Assembly (NCBI GenBank): GCA_039808785.1
Contig: JBDHTT010000001.1
Span: forward strand, 1-63,592
Reading direction: 5' to 3'
DNA length: 63,592 bases
DNA from: Alphaproteobacteria bacterium
GTDB lineage: Bacteria > Pseudomonadota > Alphaproteobacteria > Micavibrionales > Micavibrionaceae
Shown piece after piece: positions 46,566 to 52,788 of the stretch; the first letter of the stretch is position 1, and each line of letters begins with the position of its first letter. The position numbers and the translations under genes were made by a program. The notes below the pieces were generated by a model, which saw only the letters and a list, made by a program, of their open reading frames with translations, made no database searches and had not been told where the DNA came from.

Positions 46566-47873
46566 ATGTCGGGAACATCGTTGGACGGAGTTGATCTGGC
46601 CTATATTGCCACAGATGGCGCGGAATATGTCCAGCCATTGGCTTTTCGTACCTATGAATATGATGATGGATTACGTGCTCGGCTGCGCTTCTGTTTCGGC
46701 GCGCGGGAGACAACGGCGGAAATATCCGAAATTGAAGCCGAACTAACACACTTTCATGCCGATATCGTCAATGGTTTTATGGATGATTTGAAAACGCAAA
46801 CCCCAAACCCAGCACTTGATATTATTGGGTTCCATGGCCAAACTGTAATGCATGACCCAGCCCAGCAGTTTACCTGGCAATTGGGGGATGGCGAGTTGTT
46901 GCGCCGTCTTTGCCAGTGCGATGTTGTATATGATTTCAGGCAAGCGGATGTGGCTGCCGGTGGGCAGGGAGCCCCGCTCATTCCTATTTATCACGCAGCC
47001 CGCGTAGCATCGGCACGCCGCGTATGTTTGGAATCCGAGCAAACGCCAGACTCCCTCTCAGCCTCATGTCCTTTGTTGAACGATGCAGTAGCGATCGTGA
47101 ATATTGGCGGTGTTTCGAATATAACTTGGCTCGGAGCATCGGGCGCAAACATGGAGAATCTGACCTTAAAACCTGTTCATGATCTCGCTGCGGCACAAGG
47201 TTTTTGTGGTTTTCTGAGAACCGCACCGGAACGTACGTATAAGTACTTGAGGAGCGGAAGCACAGAAATGCCGCAAAAATCCAACGCCGCAGTAGAGAGC
47301 ATGAATAGGTTCTTATTAGCGTTTGATTGCGGGCCGGGCAATGCGTTGATGGATGATTATATGCTCACCCGTTTGGGCAAGAAATTCGATAAGGGTGGGA
47401 CCCTCGCCGCACGTGGATGTGTTGATGAAGAATTGGTAACAGGTTGGATGGACCATGAATTTTTTGCACTCACGCCACCGAAATCGCTTGACCGTAACGC
47501 ATGGAACTGCACCGACGTGGAGGAACTTTCTGCCGAAGATGCTCTAGCGACTCTCAATGAGTTTACGGCACGCAGCATCGCGCATGCGGCCAAATTTTTA
47601 CCTGTTCCTCCTCGAATATGGATGGTCACGGGCGGCGGGCGCCTTAATCATCATTTGATGGGAAGACTCTCCACTTTGCTTCACGTGCCGGTCAAATCTG
47701 TGGATGATCTGGGATGGAATGGCGATGCGCTGGAGGCCGAAGGGTTTGCCTATATGGCGGTGCGGCGGCTTTTAAACCTACCGATTTCTTTTCCTACAAC
47801 CACATCGGCCCCGCATCCCCTGTGTGGAGGAAAACTTGCTAAATCTCAATACTGGAGGAGCGATAGGCGTTAG
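46566..47873 (+). CDS. anmK: Anhydro-N-acetylmuramic acid kinase carrying an in-frame MITE insertion
   Basis: MSGTSLDGVDLAY, GFHGQTVMH, DFRQADVAAGGQGAPL, NIGGVSNIT and FDCGPGNALMD. About 60 aa lie between the NIGG and GPGN motifs where E. coli AnmK has about 8. Conserved residues continue upstream of the ATG (..KIYYAIGL-MSGTS), so the true start may be a non-ATG codon upstream. Confidence 0.85.
   Translation: MSGTSLDGVDLAYIATDGAEYVQPLAFRTYEYDDGLRARLRFCFGARETTAEISEIEAELTHFHADIVNGFMDDLKTQTPNPALDIIGFHGQTVMHDPAQQFTWQLGDGELLRRLCQCDVVYDFRQADVAAGGQGAPLIPIYHAARVASARRVCLESEQTPDSLSASCPLLNDAVAIVNIGGVSNITWLGASGANMENLTLKPVHDLAAAQGFCGFLRTAPERTYKYLRSGSTEMPQKSNAAVESMNRFLLAFDCGPGNALMDDYMLTRLGKKFDKGGTLAARGCVDEELVTGWMDHEFFALTPPKSLDRNAWNCTDVEELSAEDALATLNEFTARSIAHAAKFLPVPPRIWMVTGGGRLNHHLMGRLSTLLHVPVKSVDDLGWNGDALEAEGFAYMAVRRLLNLPISFPTTTSAPHPLCGGKLAKSQYWRSDRR
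47170..47311 (+). mobile_element. MITE derived from the IS30-like element, inserted in-frame in anmK
   Basis: The left arm AACCTGTTCATGATCTCGCTGCGGCACAAGGTTTTTGTGG and the reverse complement of the right arm AACCTATTCATGCTCTCTACTGCGGCGTTGGATTTTTGCG are terminal inverted repeats. The left 70 nt aligns with the reverse complement of 31420-31489 at roughly 85% identity by eye. Boundaries are uncertain by about 4 nt. Confidence 0.7.
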
Positions 47874-47888
47874 AATCATGAACAGGCT
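47850..47888 (-). repeat. Solo terminal inverted repeat of the IS30-like/MITE family, covering the anmK stop codon
   Basis: ATCATGAACAGGCT (47875-47888) matches the reverse complement of the MITE left end at 13/14. GTTAGAATCATGAACAGGCT matches the MITE right arm GTAGAGAGCATGAATAGGTT at about 15/19 with one gap. The TAG stop at 47871-47873 lies inside it. Confidence 0.5.
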
Positions 47889-48005
47889 CTGAGCAAAATT
47901 GTGTGGGCATGTCATTGGAAACGGCTGTTAAATCCCTTGAAACTTTCTATTTCCCACAGCATACTCCCGATCAAATGGAACCAAGTGAATGAAAGCCAGT
48001 GCGTT

Positions 48006-48647
48006 ATGATTGCTCCCGTTAAAAAAATTGTGCACGCCATGCTATTTATGTTCTGCCTGACATCATGTGTCGCAAACCCAAATAGCGACAGTCAACAGCA
48101 AGCCACATATGCTGCGCCGATTGAGCTGCCTCCCCAATCCGCATCACAGGGGGCGGCGTGGGCGATGTCTTCGCAACCATCGAGAGGTAACGAAAATGCT
48201 ACAGATAAAGCTCAATATTTTCAACAGGTTGATTATATCGTTATCCAAAAAAATATGCGACTTCTGACTTTGTGGAAGTCAGGACAGATTGTGAAGACCT
48301 ATCCCATTATGGCGATGGGGGCCAATCCTAAGGGGCATAAAATCTATGAAGGGGACGAACGTACGCCCGAAGGACTTTATAAAATCGAAGAAAAACATAT
48401 CAGCCAGAATTTTCAGAAATTTTTAGGAATTTCATACCCCAATAAGCATGATCAAGAATTTGCCGAAAAAATGGGCGTTTCTCCCGGTGGACATGTAGGA
48501 ATTCACGGGGATCGCGGTGGAATTTCGGGTTTTTTTCAACGGTTTGATAAAAATTGGACAAATGGATGCATCTCAATGCGCAATCACGACATTGAAGAAA
48601 TATATTCAATGGTGGATGCCGGAACGCCGATTATGATCATGCCGTAA
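48006..48647 (+). CDS. L,D-transpeptidase (YkuD domain) lipoprotein
   Basis: Lipobox-like MLFMFCLTSC. YkuD motifs LLTLWKSGQIVKTYPIMAMG...TPEGLY..., HVGIHGD and TNGCISMRN (catalytic Cys). I prefer the ATG at 48006. Confidence 0.8.
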   Translation: MIAPVKKIVHAMLFMFCLTSCVANPNSDSQQQATYAAPIELPPQSASQGAAWAMSSQPSRGNENATDKAQYFQQVDYIVIQKNMRLLTLWKSGQIVKTYPIMAMGANPKGHKIYEGDERTPEGLYKIEEKHISQNFQKFLGISYPNKHDQEFAEKMGVSPGGHVGIHGDRGGISGFFQRFDKNWTNGCISMRNHDIEEIYSMVDAGTPIMIMP

Positions 48648-48699
48648 GAACCTGTTTACAATCTCACCTCCGGTATTGGCTTTTTGTTATGAATATTCT

Positions 48700-49104
48700 C
48701 TACGCCTTATGATCTAGAGCTTTGGTCAGAGTTTCCTCCATTTCCTGCCCGGTTTTGAGGGAAATCGCGTTGGCTTTATAGGCATTTTCCGCTTGTTTGA
48801 GGGTGATTAGCTCCTCATCCGTACTCACATTCGGCGCATTGACCAGTCCGTCGGAATTAGCAAGCGGCGAATTCGGCTCATAACTCAGCACAAAAGGCGG
48901 GGAGCGATTCAATGAAACCGCTTCAACTGTACCACCCGTTTGGGAGAGGGTAAGAGCATCTTGTGGAGTATAACCACTATTTTGCCCCTTTGTAGAGGAT
49001 ATAGCCCCCACAGTGTCGGCATTGACAATATTTTGGGCGGCAATATCAGCCCTTTTGGCACTTGCCAAAAGCCCGCTTGTCGCGATAGAAATTGAATTTA
49101 TCAT
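48700..49104 (-). CDS. flgC: Flagellar basal-body rod protein, FlgC-like (isolated gene)
   Basis: 134 aa. N-terminus SGLLASAKRADIAAQNIVNADT and C-terminus YEPNSPLANSDGLVNAPNVSTDEELITLKQAENAYKANAISLKT align by eye with FlgC (YEPGNPLAD..G.V..PNV....EMV......R.Y.AN). Confidence 0.6.
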   Translation of the reverse strand: MINSISIATSGLLASAKRADIAAQNIVNADTVGAISSTKGQNSGYTPQDALTLSQTGGTVEAVSLNRSPPFVLSYEPNSPLANSDGLVNAPNVSTDEELITLKQAENAYKANAISLKTGQEMEETLTKALDHKA

Positions 49105-49154
49105 TTTATTAATATATCACAGCTAGATTAAAATATGATTAGGATGGGTGCGTT

Positions 49155-49667
49155 ATGAAGATTTATATGCATATTTTGTGGGGGCTTTTACTTTGCGCGC
49201 TCACTTTGGTTGTGAGCATTCCTGCGGCACAGGCTGGCCCCAAACTCGGGTCATCATGGTGGTGGTGGAATCACTGGGTTAACCAAGATTATATGCCCTA
49301 TTATGAAACCAGCATTAACCCCCATAACGGCCAATGGGATAGCGGATTGGGTGAGGTACAAGGCAATAATCCCGCCTGGCAACCATCGGACTGGATTTCC
49401 ATGAATGGCGGTACCGGAGTTGATTTAATCAATCGGTGGTATGTGGCCGATATTATTAAACGGCAATATTTGGATGATCATATCCCGTATTTGGATGTCG
49501 GGGTCAATTTTTATCACCTTTCGGGCTATGATCAACGGCGCGTGATGCAGACAGTGGATTATGTTTATCATATGACAAGCCGCCACCCGCGCATGTTTTA
49601 CCTCAAGGACGCTGATACCAATAAAATCATCGGATATTATGGCCCGGAAGGCCTCACGATGCAGTAA
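49155..49667 (+). CDS. Secreted Trp-rich hypothetical protein
   Basis: Signal peptide (..LVVSIPAAQA/GP), then GSSWWWWNHWVNQDYMPYY. No family recognised. Confidence 0.45.
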   Translation: MKIYMHILWGLLLCALTLVVSIPAAQAGPKLGSSWWWWNHWVNQDYMPYYETSINPHNGQWDSGLGEVQGNNPAWQPSDWISMNGGTGVDLINRWYVADIIKRQYLDDHIPYLDVGVNFYHLSGYDQRRVMQTVDYVYHMTSRHPRMFYLKDADTNKIIGYYGPEGLTMQ

Positions 49668-49945
49668 GCCTCTGAGAGTTTGTTTACAATTTCTAACAAC
49701 CCAATCTGATTTGCATCATCAGATTCTATGGCACATCACTATTTTGCCCTGCTATTTTGCACAGGGGCTTGTGGTTAATCTCATTGTTCATGCTGATGTT
49801 TGCGCTGGGGCGAAGATACCGTTCCAGTATGCTGGTAATTCTCATTTTAACAATTCCTCAGATTTTGTTAACTTTTAATTCCTACAATGGAATATAGTGT
49901 TTCTGTGCGCGCATTATGCGCGCTTTGCGTAGATGGTCTTTCAAT

Positions 49946-51469
49946 ATGAACAATCAGAGCGATGATTTCCTTTCTCATCAGCGTAGTGCCCAATGCAGCC
50001 GGTCGGCCTGTGTGTGCAAGGCTCAATTCTGTCACCAAAGCTCTAAAAATAGCGGATTTTCACTGATTGAGGTTTGTATCCTGCTTATACTCATCTCCCT
50101 CATTCTGACTCCGACCGTATATATGCTCAACCTCTACTATCAGCGATACAAAGAAGCCACGACGCAACAGGCAGTGGATACGGCTTCATCCGCACTCATG
50201 AAATATGCGTTGAAATTCGGCAAATACCCTCGCCCCGCCGATCCGTCACTGGCCCCCGGAAACGCTAATTTTGGACGGGAAGCAGCGGTTCCCGGTGCTG
50301 GATGGTTGGACTGTCAGGATGGAGCAACGCCGGCAAATGCTATTTGTCAAACTGTTGTAAATACATATCCCGTTGCAGCCCCTCCCGCCGTTATCATTGG
50401 AGCTCTCCCGTTTGCCGAGATAGGGGTTCCAATCACATCAGTGATGGATGAGAATGGCAATTTCCTGACCTATGCAGTGACGGCACCCTTAACAAATACT
50501 GCCACTTTTAACGAAAATGCAGGGGCCATTGACGTGCAAAATGCCGCGGGGCAATCCATTTTCTTTGTGGATGGGAATGGAGACGGGGTTGACGATTTTA
50601 CCATGCCGCGCGCGCATTTCATTGTTGCTAGCAATGGAGCGGATGGACTAGGTGCTTATTCTCCGGGTGGGCAGGTGGCCACGGCCTGTGCTGTGGCGGC
50701 GAATGGTGCAGATTCCGAGAATTGTAATCGGGATGGTCTGTTCCGCAATAATGCCGATCCAATCAGCCGAAAACGTCAGGTTGCGCTGGCGGTTGGGGCA
50801 GCCCATTTTGATGATCTGCTCTTTGCAACCAATAGTACCAGTTCAGGGTTATGGTCCAACACACCGGTCACGCCAGCTAACCCGAACTTAGGGATACGGG
50901 ATCGTTTGGGTGGCAATGTCGCGATTGGTGATTGTGGGGGGCGCACCCCCTGTGTCCCGGTTTCAAAGTTGGATGTTTACGGCTCTGTCAGGGCATCAGT
51001 GCAAGTGAAAGCCTTTCGTTTTAAAGGGCGTGGACCCGATACGGAAGGGACAGCTTGGTACGCCGTTGACGACCCGGGCAGGGTAGAAGATGGTAATGCC
51101 GCGACACGCGATGGCCGATGTACCTCCGCAACCGCTTGTCCCACAGTGGCGGCCAATGGTTGGGGTGGTGCAAATACGCCGCCCTTTCTTATGCCGAGCA
51201 CGATTGGAGGGGTTCCACCCGATCTTGATGTAGCCAGTGGCTATTATGTAGACGATACCGCAGGAACGCATGGGGCGTTTTTTCGCGGCAATGGCATAAA
51301 ATGCCCGAAAGATATGGCAATGACAGGAATCTTTGATAATGATGAGGCCTGTAATAGCACGAGTAGAGCAACACCAGGTTCAATTGCGCAAACAGGAAGT
51401 TGTTCCGTTCTCGGACAATACGCAATAGGAATTAACGCCGATGGATCGTTGAAATGCGGGTTTCCTTGA
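49946..51469 (+). CDS. Giant prepilin-type N-terminal cleavage/methylation domain protein, paralog 1
   Basis: Class III signal KNSG/FSLIEVCILLILISLIL. It shares motifs with the next two genes: KYPRPADP, LTYAVT, FIVASNGADGLGAYSPGG, GADSENC, HFDDLLF, NVAIGD...KLDVYGSVRA, and the Cys loops CPKDMAMTGIFDNDEAC and CSVLGQYAIGINADGSLKC. The start is uncertain (49916, 49946, or an internal GTG). Confidence 0.7.
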   Translation: MNNQSDDFLSHQRSAQCSRSACVCKAQFCHQSSKNSGFSLIEVCILLILISLILTPTVYMLNLYYQRYKEATTQQAVDTASSALMKYALKFGKYPRPADPSLAPGNANFGREAAVPGAGWLDCQDGATPANAICQTVVNTYPVAAPPAVIIGALPFAEIGVPITSVMDENGNFLTYAVTAPLTNTATFNENAGAIDVQNAAGQSIFFVDGNGDGVDDFTMPRAHFIVASNGADGLGAYSPGGQVATACAVAANGADSENCNRDGLFRNNADPISRKRQVALAVGAAHFDDLLFATNSTSSGLWSNTPVTPANPNLGIRDRLGGNVAIGDCGGRTPCVPVSKLDVYGSVRASVQVKAFRFKGRGPDTEGTAWYAVDDPGRVEDGNAATRDGRCTSATACPTVAANGWGGANTPPFLMPSTIGGVPPDLDVASGYYVDDTAGTHGAFFRGNGIKCPKDMAMTGIFDNDEACNSTSRATPGSIAQTGSCSVLGQYAIGINADGSLKCGFP

Positions 51470-51499
51470 GAGATATAATAGATTTTGGTTAATGTGAAA

Positions 51500-52765
51500 A
51501 TGTTTAAGAGTGGTTCAAAAAAGATCTATGTGCAACAAAGCCGTTCCACAGGGTTTACCTTAGTGGAAATTTCCATTGTTATGATGATAACAGGTTTGAT
51601 GCTCATCCCACTGCTCATGCTGTATTCTCAGTATGATTTGAATCGTAAAATCGAAACCACAAAATCAAATATGGCCAATGCCGAAACTGTGATGGCGGTT
51701 TTTTCGCCGCTGCGCTATCCGTGCCCTGCCGATCGTTCACTGCAGCCAGGTGATCCGAATTATGGTGTGGATATTTGCACGATAGCAGGGTTTACTCTGG
51801 CAGGGGTGCCGAATTGTGATGTTGGAGGTAATGAACAGGGATTTTGTAAAGTACCGGGGGCGCGTGACACCGATGATGATCCAGATGCCACGGTGGGAAA
51901 TAACAATGAATTTGTGTTAATCGGGGGGATTCCAACCATTTCAGCGGGACTAATCATTGCGGGCATGTCGGATGAAAAGACCCTTGATGGCTGGGGCAGG
52001 AAATTAAACTATGCCGTGAGTTATACGTCCTCGCGCCCCGACCGGACAGAAGGGTTTAACCGCTTTAAAAACGGTGTAATCAAAGTGGTGGATGAATTTG
52101 GTAATAATACGGCGGGTGTTAATGATGACGGGCAGTTTGTGATTTTTTCCTCTGGGGAAACTGGCTTGGGGGCTTATAATGCCAATGGGATTTCTACGCC
52201 CTGCGCTATCGTGACATCTGACGGAGAAAATTGTGACGGTGACTTCACGTTCCGCCAAGCTTTGGCGAATTCCGAAGGGGCAGGTAATGGCTTTTTTGAT
52301 GATCGGCTGCTGGCCTATAACGTGAGGGGGGGGGATTTATGGTTGACTGTCACTGATAATAATTTCCTTCCAACCACTCATATGCGTCCCTATTTTACTG
52401 GTGCGGTGGGTGTTGGCACCGCCACTCCGGCAGCTTTCCCCCCGACGGGGACCAATAATCTAATGCTTGATGTGGCCGGAAACTTGAGGGCCGGGGCGAT
52501 ACGAACCGACAATCTATGCAATCTGGATGGCAGTCTTTGCTTGAACATCAATTCAAACACCGGGTTTTTCGGCGATCGGCAACCAGGGATAAATAGCTGT
52601 GCCAATCCTGGCAATGTGATGACCGGCATCTCAGGCGGCCAAGTGGTCTGTAGCGCGCCGAGCATTGCCACCCCCGGTGTTGAGAAAACTTGTCCTCCAG
52701 GCTTTTTTTTAAAAGGTTTATTAAGTGATGGAAAAATCATTTGCAGTGATAATAATACGTATTGA
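51500..52765 (+). CDS. Giant prepilin-type N-terminal cleavage/methylation domain protein, paralog 2
   Basis: Class III signal RSTG/FTLVEISIVMMITGLML. Motifs RYPCPADR, DGWGRKLNYAVS (GspG-like), FVIFSSGETGLGAYNANG, DGENC, FFDDRLLAY, AVGVGTATP...MLDVAGNLRAGAIRTDNLC, and the loops CANPGNVMTGISGGQVVC and CPPGFFLKGLLSDGKIIC. Confidence 0.75.
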   Translation: MFKSGSKKIYVQQSRSTGFTLVEISIVMMITGLMLIPLLMLYSQYDLNRKIETTKSNMANAETVMAVFSPLRYPCPADRSLQPGDPNYGVDICTIAGFTLAGVPNCDVGGNEQGFCKVPGARDTDDDPDATVGNNNEFVLIGGIPTISAGLIIAGMSDEKTLDGWGRKLNYAVSYTSSRPDRTEGFNRFKNGVIKVVDEFGNNTAGVNDDGQFVIFSSGETGLGAYNANGISTPCAIVTSDGENCDGDFTFRQALANSEGAGNGFFDDRLLAYNVRGGDLWLTVTDNNFLPTTHMRPYFTGAVGVGTATPAAFPPTGTNNLMLDVAGNLRAGAIRTDNLCNLDGSLCLNINSNTGFFGDRQPGINSCANPGNVMTGISGGQVVCSAPSIATPGVEKTCPPGFFLKGLLSDGKIICSDNNTY

Positions 52766-52788
52766 AGTTAGTGGGAGGAACACCAAAC

